From an uncultured Clostridia bacterium (lineage in GTDB: Bacteria > Bacillota > Clostridia > TANB77 > CAG-508), in the NCBI GenBank assembly GCA_944391965.1, contig CALXVH010000005.1, positions 4,131 to 68,130 of the forward strand: 64,000 nucleotides of DNA, read 5' to 3'. Below the pieces are notes generated by a model. The model had not been told where the DNA came from and made no database searches. It was given only the letters and a program-made list of their open reading frames with translations. A program made the position numbers and the translations under genes. Positions within the stretch are counted from its first letter, which is position 1. The number at the start of each line of letters is the position of its first letter. Below, in pieces: positions 1-9,418 of this stretch.

Positions 1-2
1 AA

Positions 3-887
3 GGAGTTAGAAATATTCTTTGTAATCGTAATAACAATATTAATTTCGACAAAGTTCTTGAAAATGGTGAAGTTACATTTGTATGTACTCGTAGAGGTGA
101 TTTAGGTGCTGCTACACATAAGGCATTTGGATTATTCTTTATATTCTTAATGCAATATTCTGTATTAAGAAGACCTGGAAATGAAAAAAATAGAGTTCCA
201 CACTTCTTATATATAGACGAATTTCCAGATTTCTTATGCAAAGACATAGATGCTATATTTACTTTATATAGAAAATATCGTGTTGGTACACTAATTGCAG
301 CTCAAAACTTAGAGCAATTAGGAAGCAAAGTTTATTCAAGATATAGACAAACAATTCTTGCAAACTGTAGTAACAAATTATTATTTGGTGGTGCTACTCC
401 AGATGATAGAGAATGGTGGTCTAAAGAATTTGGTAATAAGAGAAAATGGAAATTTAAAAATGATTATAATACAGCTAAAGGTTCATATGATCAAAAATAT
501 GGTGGTATCGAATATGGTTGGACAGAATACTTTAAACCAGATAAACTTGGTTCTTTAAAAGCAAAACAATGTGCATATAAAATATTAAATCCTAAAGGTG
601 GAATCCAAGTTGGTAAAGGTAAAGTTGATCATGTAGATTCAAAATATAAAGAAAAACAAAAAGTAAAATTCTTTAATTTTGAAAAATTCACAAGTGGTAT
701 CTCTGATGAATCAGATTCTAGAATAAGAAGAAAACCTAAATTTAACTATGGAAATGTAGATTTTACAGATACTAATAATTCAGCAGAAATAGATCCAATA
801 AAAACAGATACATCAGATTCAAATTTCTTATTTGATAATGATGATGCAATAATTGTAGATTTAAAAAGAGGAAATTCTAACAAATAA
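3..887 (+). CDS. VirD4/TraG-like type IV coupling ATPase, C-terminal part (5'-truncated by window edge)
   Basis: Frame is open from nt 3. Walker B-like FLYIDEF followed by RKYRVGTLIAAQNLEQL and ILANCSNKLLFG, typical of TraG/VirD4 C-terminal domains. Confidence 0.75.
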   Translation, partial: GVRNILCNRNNNINFDKVLENGEVTFVCTRRGDLGAATHKAFGLFFIFLMQYSVLRRPGNEKNRVPHFLYIDEFPDFLCKDIDAIFTLYRKYRVGTLIAAQNLEQLGSKVYSRYRQTILANCSNKLLFGGATPDDREWWSKEFGNKRKWKFKNDYNTAKGSYDQKYGGIEYGWTEYFKPDKLGSLKAKQCAYKILNPKGGIQVGKGKVDHVDSKYKEKQKVKFFNFEKFTSGISDESDSRIRRKPKFNYGNVDFTDTNNSAEIDPIKTDTSDSNFLFDNDDAIIVDLKRGNSNK

Positions 888-893
888 TCGTGC

Positions 894-922
894 AGGGATT
901 TAGGGACGTTCCTTAAATCCCT
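894..922 (+). repeat. REP-like 29-bp palindromic repeat, copy 1
   Basis: AGGGATTTAGGGACGTTCCTTAAATCCCT, 6 nt after the upstream stop codon. Confidence 0.85.
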
Positions 923-931
923 TTTTAAAAC

Positions 932-960
932 AAAAAGTCGCTATTTAATAGCGACTTTTT
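932..960. terminator. Bidirectional intrinsic terminator
   Basis: AAAAAGTCGCTAT-TTA-ATAGCGACTTTTT between convergent genes. Confidence 0.8.
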
Positions 961-1006
961 CCATTACTATAACTCTATTTTCAAAATTGAAATTAAATTT
1001 CTAATA

Positions 1007-1948
1007 TTAATCTTCTAATAATTTTAACTCAACATTTGCAACTTTATATTTGTTTGTTGTTTCATCTAATTTAAATTCTATTAAAGTATCTTCTAATGAT
1101 TCTTTATTTTGTCTTAAATCTGTTGTAAAGTATAATTTTATTTTTGAAATTTCTAATCCTTTTGTTACAATTAATTTAAATGTTTCTGCAGCATGTTTTT
1201 CATCTTCACAAACAAATATTAATTGTGGCATAATTGGAAATCCAGAGTCTCCTGGTACAAAATTATCGTAAAAGTCTTGATATAATCTCATCTTTTCTGC
1301 TAATTTATTTTTCCAATCTTCTTCTCTTCTAACAACTTCAAATAAGAAAGAAATTGATTTATTATTTTTAGTTAATTTAACACTACCACCTGAAGCTTTA
1401 AAAGGTTTTGCTAATGTTTTAGCTGTAAGCTGTGGTTTTACAATATATGAATCAAAAGCTTTAACTTTTCTTAAATAAGCAAGTAATGTTTGATTTCCTG
1501 CTAATCTTTTCTTTATTAAAGCAACTGGTTTTACATTATCTGTTGGTTGCCATTTACACTCTATATCTCTTGAGTTTAACAAATATTTTCCCATTTTTTC
1601 TAGACAATATATTCTATATATTCCCTTTCCATCTTCTGAATGGAAATAATATCTTGTTAATATTTTTGTTTTTATTAATTGTTCTAATTTCTTATTTAAT
1701 TTATCTTGAGATTTTATTTCTATTCCCTTTATTTGTAATAATTGATAAATTTGTCTTGATGTAATAAATTCAAATTCATTTACTATCTCTAAAATTTGAA
1801 AATGAATATCTGTAATATGTCCTAAATTAATTTTATTTATGATTTGATTCATTGAAACGTAACCATCTTTATCGTCAAATACTTTAATCTCACCTTCTCT
1901 TATTGCAAATGGTGATACTTCTGCTTTGATTTGACTATCTTCTACCAT
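1007..1948 (-). CDS. Replication-relaxation (Replic_Relax)-like protein: winged helix plus PD-(D/E)XK-like domain
   Basis: N-terminal wHTH-like segment (ILEIVNEFEFITSRQI...KKLEQL) and C-terminal FLFEVVR...LIFVCED resembling this family; RBS AGGAGG. Confidence 0.5.
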   Translation of the reverse strand: MVEDSQIKAEVSPFAIREGEIKVFDDKDGYVSMNQIINKINLGHITDIHFQILEIVNEFEFITSRQIYQLLQIKGIEIKSQDKLNKKLEQLIKTKILTRYYFHSEDGKGIYRIYCLEKMGKYLLNSRDIECKWQPTDNVKPVALIKKRLAGNQTLLAYLRKVKAFDSYIVKPQLTAKTLAKPFKASGGSVKLTKNNKSISFLFEVVRREEDWKNKLAEKMRLYQDFYDNFVPGDSGFPIMPQLIFVCEDEKHAAETFKLIVTKGLEISKIKLYFTTDLRQNKESLEDTLIEFKLDETTNKYKVANVELKLLED

Positions 1949-1961
1949 CTTAAATTCCTCC

Positions 1962-2447
1962 TTAACATATTATTAGTTTAATTTTTTTCTTTTCCGGAAT
2001 AATTTTTTTAATAAAAACATCCACCTGTTTCCCATATTCTATTCCTTCTTGATATTCAGCCATCCCTACTAAATTTGGTTTTAGCTCTATAAAAATACCG
2101 TTTTTATGAGCTTCTGTATTTCTTATAATTCCTTTTACTTTTGTTCCTTCTTTAAATAATTTTGCATTTTCTTCCCATGTTCCTAATAATTCTTTATAAG
2201 TAAACATTATTCTGTTGTTTTCTTTATCTATGCTTTTTACTTTAACATTTACTTCTTGTCCTATAGAAAATCTATCAAATGGGCTTTTTATTCTTGCTAC
2301 AGACATATCTTCTATATGTAATAACCCTACTACCCCATTTTTTAGTTCTATAAAAGCTCCATATGGCTGAATACTTTTTACTTTTCCTTGTACTATCATG
2401 TCCTCTTTTAAAGAATCATCAAATGGAATATATTTTTTGTAGCTCAT
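1962..2447 (-). CDS. S1 RNA-binding domain protein (two S1-like repeats)
   Basis: GKVKSIQPYGAFIEL...GLLHIEDMS is an S1 signature. Confidence 0.85.
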   Translation of the reverse strand: MSYKKYIPFDDSLKEDMIVQGKVKSIQPYGAFIELKNGVVGLLHIEDMSVARIKSPFDRFSIGQEVNVKVKSIDKENNRIMFTYKELLGTWEENAKLFKEGTKVKGIIRNTEAHKNGIFIELKPNLVGMAEYQEGIEYGKQVDVFIKKIIPEKKKIKLIIC

Positions 2448-2515
2448 TCTTTTTTCTCCTTATCTTATGTATAATCTTATATTATTATATAGTTTTATTT
2501 TAATATAATCAATAT

Positions 2516-3244
2516 CTATTTTATTAATTCTTCTATTTCTTTATTTGTTAACATTCTATATTGTCCTAGTTTTAAATTTTTTACATTTATTTTTCCAATA
2601 GCTGCTCTATGTAGTGCAAGGACCGGTTTATTTATAGTTTTACACATTCTCCTAACCTGTCTATTTTTACCTTCATGAATTATTATTTGAAATCTAGAAA
2701 TATTTTTATTTTCATCAATTTTTAAAATTTTAGTTTTGGCAGGCTTTGTTATATAATCACCTATATCTACTCCTGCTTCTAGCTTTTGCATATCTTCTTT
2801 TGTTATTTTTCCTCTTACTGTAACATTGTATGTTTTTTCTACCTCATGACTTGGATGTGTAATTTTATTAACAAATTCGCCATCATTTGATAGTATAAGT
2901 GCTCCTGAAGTATACATATCTAAACGTCCAACTGGAACTATTCTTGTCTTTATATCTTTTAATAAATCCATAACTGTGTCTCTCTTAAATTGGTCTTTTA
3001 CGGTCGTTACATATCCAATTGGTTTATTTAATAAAATATAAATTTTTTCATCTTGTCTTTTTAAAATTTTACCATCTACTTCTACAAAATCTGCATATGG
3101 ATCTATTTTAGTTCCTAATGTTGTTATAGTTTTTTCATTTACTTTTACTCTTCCTTCTAATATTATTTCTTCGCATTTTCTTCTTGAAGCAATTCCATTA
3201 TCTGCTAAAAATTTTTGAAGTCTAACTTCATTTTTTTCTTCCAT
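2516..3244 (-). CDS. rluB: 23S rRNA pseudouridine synthase, RluB/RsuA family
   Basis: S4 domain RLQKFLA...SRRKCE; catalytic PVGRLD; EGKNRQVRRM. Confidence 0.9.
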   Translation of the reverse strand: MEEKNEVRLQKFLADNGIASRRKCEEIILEGRVKVNEKTITTLGTKIDPYADFVEVDGKILKRQDEKIYILLNKPIGYVTTVKDQFKRDTVMDLLKDIKTRIVPVGRLDMYTSGALILSNDGEFVNKITHPSHEVEKTYNVTVRGKITKEDMQKLEAGVDIGDYITKPAKTKILKIDENKNISRFQIIIHEGKNRQVRRMCKTINKPVLALHRAAIGKINVKNLKLGQYRMLTNKEIEELIK

Positions 3245-3473
3245 ATTTTTTCCCCTTTTTTTATGTATAATTTATTTTTTTATGCATATTATAATATTAT
3301 AAGGAAAGTTGCTTTGCCAATGTATAGATAGATTTTCAATCTATCACACAGACATAAGTAACTTATCCCTGTTATTCTAGAAAAAGTCTAACGATTTTTC
3401 CATCATAATAAGTTATGTTTTTAATTTTCTTTTTATTCTGTTTTTAATGGAATAAAAAGATTTATATAGATCT

Positions 3474-3496
3474 TCCAGTACTGTTCTAGTACTGGA
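3474..3496 (-). terminator. Intrinsic terminator after the RluA-family gene
   Basis: TCCAGTACT-GTTCT-AGTACTGGA hairpin. Confidence 0.65.
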
Positions 3497-3505
3497 TTTT
3501 TTATA

Positions 3506-4435
3506 TTATATATTTATTTCCCTTGGTTCTAACTTTTTTAAAACCTCTTTAAAATATTCTGGTAAAGGTGCTTCTACTTTCATTTTTTCGTTTGTTATTG
3601 GATGCACAAATTCTATACTTTTCGCATGTAACATCTGACCTTCTACATTAAATTCATTTTTTCCATTTGAATATACACTATCTCCAACAATTGGATATCC
3701 TATTGTAGATAAATGAACTCTAATTTGATGTGTTCTTCCTGTTTCAATATTAACTTTTAATAAGGTATAACCTTGGTATCTTTTTAAAACTTTAAAATGT
3801 GTTATAGCATTTTTTCCATTTTTATCTATATCCATTTTCTTTCTATCTTTTTTGCTTCTTCCTATTGGCATATCTATAGTTGCTTCATTATCTTTTACAA
3901 TTCCTTTAACCAACGCTATATATGTCTTTTTTACTTTATGATTCTTTATTTGCTCAGAAATATTCAAATGAGCCTTATCACATTTAGCTACAATTAATAC
4001 TCCAGAAGTATCTTTGTCTAATCTGTGTACAATTCCAGGTCTCTTTTCTCCACCTATTCCAGACAAAGAATCTTTACACCTATATACTAAAGCATTTACT
4101 AATGTTCCTGTATAATTTCCATTTGCAGGATGCACAACCATTCCCTTCGCTTTATTTATAACAATAATATACTCATCTTCATATAAAACATCTATATCTA
4201 TGTTTTCAGGTATAATTTCTGTTTCTTTTACCTCTGGAATTTCTAAAGATACTATATCCTCTAATTTAACTTTATATGACGCTTTTACTTTTTTCCCATT
4301 TACAAGTATTCTTCCTTCTTCTAAAAGCTTTTGAGTTGCCATTCTTGTAATATTTTCATTCAAAATAGGTATTATTTTGTCAATTCTGCAATTAACATTC
4401 TCTTCTCCTATTTTATACTTCTCCACTTTTACCAT
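3506..4435 (-). CDS. rluD: RluA/RluD family pseudouridine synthase
   Basis: S4 domain; RPGIVHRLDKDTSG; ETGRTHQIRVH; GQMLHA. Confidence 0.9.
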   Translation of the reverse strand: MVKVEKYKIGEENVNCRIDKIIPILNENITRMATQKLLEEGRILVNGKKVKASYKVKLEDIVSLEIPEVKETEIIPENIDIDVLYEDEYIIVINKAKGMVVHPANGNYTGTLVNALVYRCKDSLSGIGGEKRPGIVHRLDKDTSGVLIVAKCDKAHLNISEQIKNHKVKKTYIALVKGIVKDNEATIDMPIGRSKKDRKKMDIDKNGKNAITHFKVLKRYQGYTLLKVNIETGRTHQIRVHLSTIGYPIVGDSVYSNGKNEFNVEGQMLHAKSIEFVHPITNEKMKVEAPLPEYFKEVLKKLEPREINI

Positions 4436-4985
4436 CCTTTTCTTTCTTTATTTTACTCATTCTTACATTATTAGCATACATAGCAAAGAACAGAGCTAAT
4501 AAAATCCATCCTAAAACTATAAAGATATCTGCAAAATTAAAATTAGGAAAATTTATAAGTTCTGATATATCTATAAAATCTACTACAAACCCTTTAAATA
4601 TTCTATCAATAAGATTACTAAATCCACCTGCAAGTACCATTGCTAAAGCAAATCCTGTCTTTTTATCTATTTGATTTGCTTGCATATTTATAAATTTTAT
4701 TATTATTCCTAAAACTATAATATTAGCTACTATAAATGAAAATGTACTATTTTGCCCTACACCAAAAGCTCCACCTCTATTTTGAACAGTATGAAGTTTT
4801 AATACTCCCGGAATTAAAGATATATCTTTATTAATAAAAATAAATTTTGTTATTTGGTCTATTAGTAACAATATAAGAACAACTATAAAAATCTTTTTTA
4901 GTACCTTTCTTTTTGCTAATTTCTCCTGTTCTTCTCTTTCTCTTACTTTTTGTGTTAAAGTTTTTGATTCTTGATTTTCTTCCAT
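4413..4985 (-). CDS. lspA: Lipoprotein signal peptidase II
   Basis: DQITK, NRGGAFG, NLIDR, VVDFI, FNFAD motifs; adjacent to rluD as in the conserved lspA-rluD pair. Confidence 0.92.
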   Translation of the reverse strand: MEENQESKTLTQKVREREEQEKLAKRKVLKKIFIVVLILLLIDQITKFIFINKDISLIPGVLKLHTVQNRGGAFGVGQNSTFSFIVANIIVLGIIIKFINMQANQIDKKTGFALAMVLAGGFSNLIDRIFKGFVVDFIDISELINFPNFNFADIFIVLGWILLALFFAMYANNVRMSKIKKEKDGKSGEV

Positions 4986-4995
4986 ATATCCTCCC

Positions 4996-6648
4996 TTATA
5001 CTACATCTCTTTCGTATATTACAAATCTATCATCTGAATATAATTCTTTATATTCATAGTTTCTTGATAAAAACATATTTAGTTTTGCATTTTTAAAACA
5101 TATTACATGAGTTATATCATATTCATCAAATTTATTTTCATAATATGTTCCAATATTTGATATATTCAGAAAATCATCAAATACTGTACAACCAGGATTA
5201 AATTCTGGAGTATATAAATCTGCTCTTGAATCCACAAATACAGGTATACCTCTATAAAGCATGTAACTACCATAATTATATTCGTTATAAATTCTCATAT
5301 TGCTAATATCTAAATTTTCTAAAATATAGTCACAGGCCTGTACTGGATATGATGATTCATCAACATATCTATCATCCAATTTTGGTTTATAAATATTCGT
5401 TCCTACAATTACAAATATGCACAATGTAATACAAAAACCATATAATCCTGTCATCTCTTTAAATAATTTTTTTACATCGTCCAAACATTTATATTTTTTG
5501 AAAAACGCTAAAATTAATTTACAATATATTGGCATTCCCATCAAAACTAACATAGAGATTTGTCTTCTTGACATCAAAGCTAAAATTACAAGCCCTCCAA
5601 ACATAAATAAATCTCTTAATTTTATTTTTATATCTGTTAGCATTAATAGAGCAATTACTACAATTAATAAACCTAATATATCTTTTTGATCTATTAAAGT
5701 TAGTGGTAGATGTTCATTAATGTTTTTTGTTGTATTACCTTGCATTGTATCTATTAAATATGTGTATGGAGTAGTTCCTAAAGGTGTACATAAGCCTAAT
5801 AGAGCTGCTATCAACATAACTAAAATTAAATATTTTACATTTTTATTTCTTTCAATTTTTATTTTATATGGATGTTTTCTGCTATTGGCTCTTTTTTGCT
5901 TTATATTTTGGCTTTGTTCTTCTACTTTTGCTATTTTATCTTCTATTCTACTTACTTTTTCTAAATTTTTAGAAAATACCTTTTTCTGAATTTTAAATAC
6001 TAATTTTTTTATTTTTAATACTAAGTCTAAATCTACAATTACGCAAATTAAATATTCTGCTATATATGGTAAGAATAATACAAAGAAAAATGGCCATACA
6101 GCTACATGTAAATTAGCCATTAACAGCGATATTAATAGCAATCCTATAGCATACCCTATTTTTCTATTTTTCATGAATCTTTCTATAAAGAATAATTCTA
6201 GAATAAATAAAATAAAAGTTACTAATTGTGCCCTTGCAGCTATATAAGACTTAATTAAATATATTGCCCCAATTGTTAATACAAATGGTACCACATGATT
6301 TTTACATATCTTTACATTCGTAAGATATAATATTATTCCTAATAAACAAGCAAAAACAAGTGTTGAAATATATATGCCTGTCCAACCACCCATATTATAT
6401 ATAAAATACATCATTACATCATATAACCAGTGTGGATACTCATAATTTAAATCCTCGTGCCACGAAAAATGATCTTTTCCATCTATACCATTTTCCATTA
6501 TTGATTCACCAATTTTTACTGTATAATATGTATCATTTTGCATTGTGACTGGTGATATAGCTATACAAAATAAAATTATACATATAATGGCTAATATATT
6601 AAATACTACTGTTTTTCTCTTTAATCCTTTTTTATTCTTGTTCTTCAT
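4996..6648 (-). CDS. Polytopic membrane protein, putative GT-C fold glycosyltransferase
   Basis: Many TM segments; NDTYY..KIGE..DHFSW..YPHWL loop; C-terminal YNEYNYGSYM..VFVDSRADLY. Confidence 0.6.
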   Translation of the reverse strand: MKNKNKKGLKRKTVVFNILAIICIILFCIAISPVTMQNDTYYTVKIGESIMENGIDGKDHFSWHEDLNYEYPHWLYDVMMYFIYNMGGWTGIYISTLVFACLLGIILYLTNVKICKNHVVPFVLTIGAIYLIKSYIAARAQLVTFILFILELFFIERFMKNRKIGYAIGLLLISLLMANLHVAVWPFFFVLFLPYIAEYLICVIVDLDLVLKIKKLVFKIQKKVFSKNLEKVSRIEDKIAKVEEQSQNIKQKRANSRKHPYKIKIERNKNVKYLILVMLIAALLGLCTPLGTTPYTYLIDTMQGNTTKNINEHLPLTLIDQKDILGLLIVVIALLMLTDIKIKLRDLFMFGGLVILALMSRRQISMLVLMGMPIYCKLILAFFKKYKCLDDVKKLFKEMTGLYGFCITLCIFVIVGTNIYKPKLDDRYVDESSYPVQACDYILENLDISNMRIYNEYNYGSYMLYRGIPVFVDSRADLYTPEFNPGCTVFDDFLNISNIGTYYENKFDEYDITHVICFKNAKLNMFLSRNYEYKELYSDDRFVIYERDVV

Positions 6649-6793
6649 CTTTACTTCATGTCTCCTTAATTTTAAGATATTGCCATTATAACAAAAAAAG
6701 ACTAAAAATCATAGTCTTTTTAGTCTTTATTTTATTGTTTTAAATTAGTTCATAATTTTAAAGCAAAAATCAAAATTTTGTCCTCAATTTAAT

Positions 6794-7459
6794 TTATATA
6801 ACCTCTTTATTTTCTTCTTCTTCATTTACTATTTCTAAGCTACTTATTGATACTTCATATGCTGTTCTTGTTTGAGTTGTTCCATCTTCAAATTTCTTTT
6901 CATAATTTCTTGATTGAACTCTTCCTGTTATTTTTACTTTTGTTCCTACCTCTATATTTTGGCAGAATCTTGCATTTCTTCCCCATGCAATTGCTGGTAT
7001 ATAATCTGATTTATTGTATGCTCTATTTACAGCTAATAAAATATCAGATATTTCTCTTCCAAATGGTGTTTGACGATATATTGGCTTTTTACAAATATAT
7101 CCAACTAGTGTAACCTCATTTGAAACTTTTTCACTAGAATCCTCTTCCTCTTCTTGTGATAAATATTTAATGTCTTTTGCAAAAACTGTTAAAATTAATC
7201 TGTTTTTTTCATTTTCGTAACTATTGTATGATCTAAATTGACCCTCAATTGCTACTTTATCACCTATTTCTAATTCTTTCTCTAATATTAGTCTTTCTGA
7301 AATTGTTATAGGTATAATATCTGAATTACCGCTTAAACGTGGAACTTCTAAGTCAAATATGTAAAAACTTTCTCCATAAATTTCATGACTAAATTTTTTA
7401 TCGCTAGTAACCTTTCCAACCAACACTAAATGGTTATTCTCTAAATAATTCGTATTCAA
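6794..7459 (-). CDS. ssb: Single-stranded DNA-binding protein, tandem OB folds (TTG start)
   Basis: Two OB repeats (LVLVGKV, VTLVGYI, SDYIPAIAWGRNA, VTGRVQSR); RBS AGGAGG. Confidence 0.88.
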   Translation of the reverse strand: MNTNYLENNHLVLVGKVTSDKKFSHEIYGESFYIFDLEVPRLSGNSDIIPITISERLILEKELEIGDKVAIEGQFRSYNSYENEKNRLILTVFAKDIKYLSQEEEEDSSEKVSNEVTLVGYICKKPIYRQTPFGREISDILLAVNRAYNKSDYIPAIAWGRNARFCQNIEVGTKVKITGRVQSRNYEKKFEDGTTQTRTAYEVSISSLEIVNEEEENKEVI

Positions 7460-7606
7460 TTTTTTTCCTCCTATACTAATTATATTTTATCTATCGTTTC
7501 CCTTTTATGTCTCATCCTGTCTTAAACATCCCGATATACCTATTATACTACTTTTTTTTGGATTTGTCTACATAAAAAGTTATTTTTTGGATATTTATGT
7601 TTATTT

Positions 7607-7768
7607 CTATTGTTTTATACTATTTTCACTTATACTATTTACTACAATATTTGAAGTTGGAACAACATCTTTATATTCATATGTAGATGCCACAAAGTAT
7701 AGTACTACTATAGTAAATACCGTTACCACATATGCAATTATTTTTTCTTTATTTATTACATAAAACAT
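7607..7768 (-). CDS. 53-aa small membrane protein (absent from ORF track)
   Basis: MFYVINKEKIIAYVVTVFTIVVLYFVASTY...IKQ*, RBS AGGAGG, one TM segment. Confidence 0.7.
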   Translation of the reverse strand: MFYVINKEKIIAYVVTVFTIVVLYFVASTYEYKDVVPTSNIVVNSISENSIKQ

Positions 7769-7906
7769 AATTAATCCTCCTAGTGTTTTTATAATTTATA
7801 TGTTGAAAACCAAGCTTTTATACTTATAAACTAAGTGTATTATTCAACATTTTTCTTCAATTTACATAATATATATTATAAATCATTATAGAAAGGATGA
7901 ATAATT

Positions 7907-8446
7907 ATGGATTATGATAAAAATATTTGCCCTATTGTTGACGTAGAAGGTGTTATAGAAAATGGCAAGCAATTTGATATCGAAATAAATTTACCAGAAG
8001 ATAATAGAAACGTAATTTTCGGTGTTGTAAAAGATTGTTACAAAGATCCAGTTCAAAATGCTGTTGTAAAATTAATAGAAATTGTTTGCGAAAAAGGTCG
8101 TGAAGAAAAACGTCCTGTATCTCATACTTTTACTGATTGTGATGGAGAATTTGTATTTGGACCTTTATGCCATAACAAAATGTATGAAATTCAACTATGG
8201 GTAGATAATGTAAAACATGTAAAAATATGTGCAAAATGTGATCATCGTGATGAAGATTGCTTAAAAGGTATAAATATGGACTCATGCAAAGATTTAAGAC
8301 CAATTTGCTGTGATAAATGTCATGACAAATGTGATAAAGATGAATGGGATAAATGTGATAACAAATGCGATAAAGACAAATGGGATAAATGTGATAACAA
8401 ATGTGAAAATAAATGCGATGATAAATGCCACAAAGACAAATATTAA
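7907..8446 (+). CDS. Carboxypeptidase-regulatory-like domain protein with Cys/Asp/Lys-rich repeat tail; candidate spore coat protein
   Basis: IFGVVKD..PVQNAVVKL..TFTDCDGEFVFG; tail of CDKC repeats; RBS AAAGGA. Confidence 0.7.
   Translation: MDYDKNICPIVDVEGVIENGKQFDIEINLPEDNRNVIFGVVKDCYKDPVQNAVVKLIEIVCEKGREEKRPVSHTFTDCDGEFVFGPLCHNKMYEIQLWVDNVKHVKICAKCDHRDEDCLKGINMDSCKDLRPICCDKCHDKCDKDEWDKCDNKCDKDKWDKCDNKCENKCDDKCHKDKY
8327..8398 (+). repeat. Two 36-bp tandem units within a longer degenerate CDK repeat tract
   Basis: KCDKDEWDKCDN and KCDKDKWDKCDN encoded by near-identical DNA. Confidence 0.85.
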
Positions 8447-8476
8447 TTCTTAAGTAAAAAGTTAATGGGAATGTTA

Positions 8477-8614
8477 TTATAACATTCCCATTTTTTTTGC
8501 AAATTGTTTTCCTTTTTTTATCATTTTCTTTTTTGAACCTTCATTTTCACTCATCATATACATAACACCTGCTGATATTAATGTCCCAACAAGCATTCCT
8601 TTCACAAACTTCAT
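8477..8614 (-). CDS. 45-aa YtxH-like small protein (absent from ORF track)
   Basis: MKFVKGMLVGTLISAGVMYMMSENEGSKKKMIKKGKQFAKKMGML*, RBS GAGGGA; its stop lies in a terminator hairpin. Confidence 0.75.
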   Translation of the reverse strand: MKFVKGMLVGTLISAGVMYMMSENEGSKKKMIKKGKQFAKKMGML

Positions 8615-8639
8615 AAATATCCCTCTTTTCGATTATATT

Positions 8640-9029
8640 TTACTTAATATTATTATTTCTAGTTTTTTTGCTAATATACAATTTTATATAAGAATATATT
8701 TCATGTATAGTAATTATTACCAAAAAAATCCCAAAATATCTTTTTAAATTTTGATACTCTAATTTATTAGAAATAATTGATCCAATTATTGCACCAAATA
8801 TACCAGAAATTCCAATTATCATTCCAGTTTTCATGTCCAATAATTTTTGCTTTTTATTAATATAAATTGCTATAATCGCTGTAGGAATAAAAAAAATCAA
8901 GTTAGTTGCTTGTGCAATATGTTGTTCTATATTCAAAAAAATCGTAAATATTAAAATGAGTATAGTTCCTCCACCCATACCCAAACCACTTACAATACCT
9001 GAAATTATACCTGTTAAAACTTCTATCAT
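8640..9029 (-). CDS. TauE/SafE family half-size transporter
   Basis: SGIVSGLGMGGGTILI motif; hydrophobic. Confidence 0.85.
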   Translation of the reverse strand: MIEVLTGIISGIVSGLGMGGGTILILIFTIFLNIEQHIAQATNLIFFIPTAIIAIYINKKQKLLDMKTGMIIGISGIFGAIIGSIISNKLEYQNLKRYFGIFLVIITIHEIYSYIKLYISKKTRNNNIK

Positions 9030-9037
9030 ATTTCACC

Positions 9038-9385
9038 CTAAAAAAACAATAATCTGATAGCTGAATATGCTAAAAATATTATAAACATTAATTTTAAAAT
9101 CTTTGGAGACATCTTTTTTAATAATTTTGCACCAATTACACCACCTATTAGTCCTCCAATTGCACATTTTAAAGCTAACCACCAATCGATATTATCAAAT
9201 TTAAAATAAAATATACTACTTACAATAACCATTGGTAATATTGATAAAATAGATGTAGCTCTAGCTTTTTCCTCTGACATTTTTACTATATAAACATATG
9301 CTGGAACTAATATTAGTCCGCCTCCAGATGCAAATAACCCACTTATAATACCTGCTAAAAATCCAATTACTATTTTTACTATCAT
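9038..9385 (-). CDS. TauE/SafE family half-size transporter
   Basis: AGIISGLFASGGGLILVP motif. Confidence 0.85.
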   Translation of the reverse strand: MIVKIVIGFLAGIISGLFASGGGLILVPAYVYIVKMSEEKARATSILSILPMVIVSSIFYFKFDNIDWWLALKCAIGGLIGGVIGAKLLKKMSPKILKLMFIIFLAYSAIRLLFF

Positions 9386-9418
9386 AATATTATTTTTCCA
9401 AATGAAAAAAATAATATT

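Noticed and set aside
8640-9385. Split TauE genes as a frameshifted pseudogene
   Set aside because: Each half has its own start and signature motif; half-size pairs are common in Clostridia.
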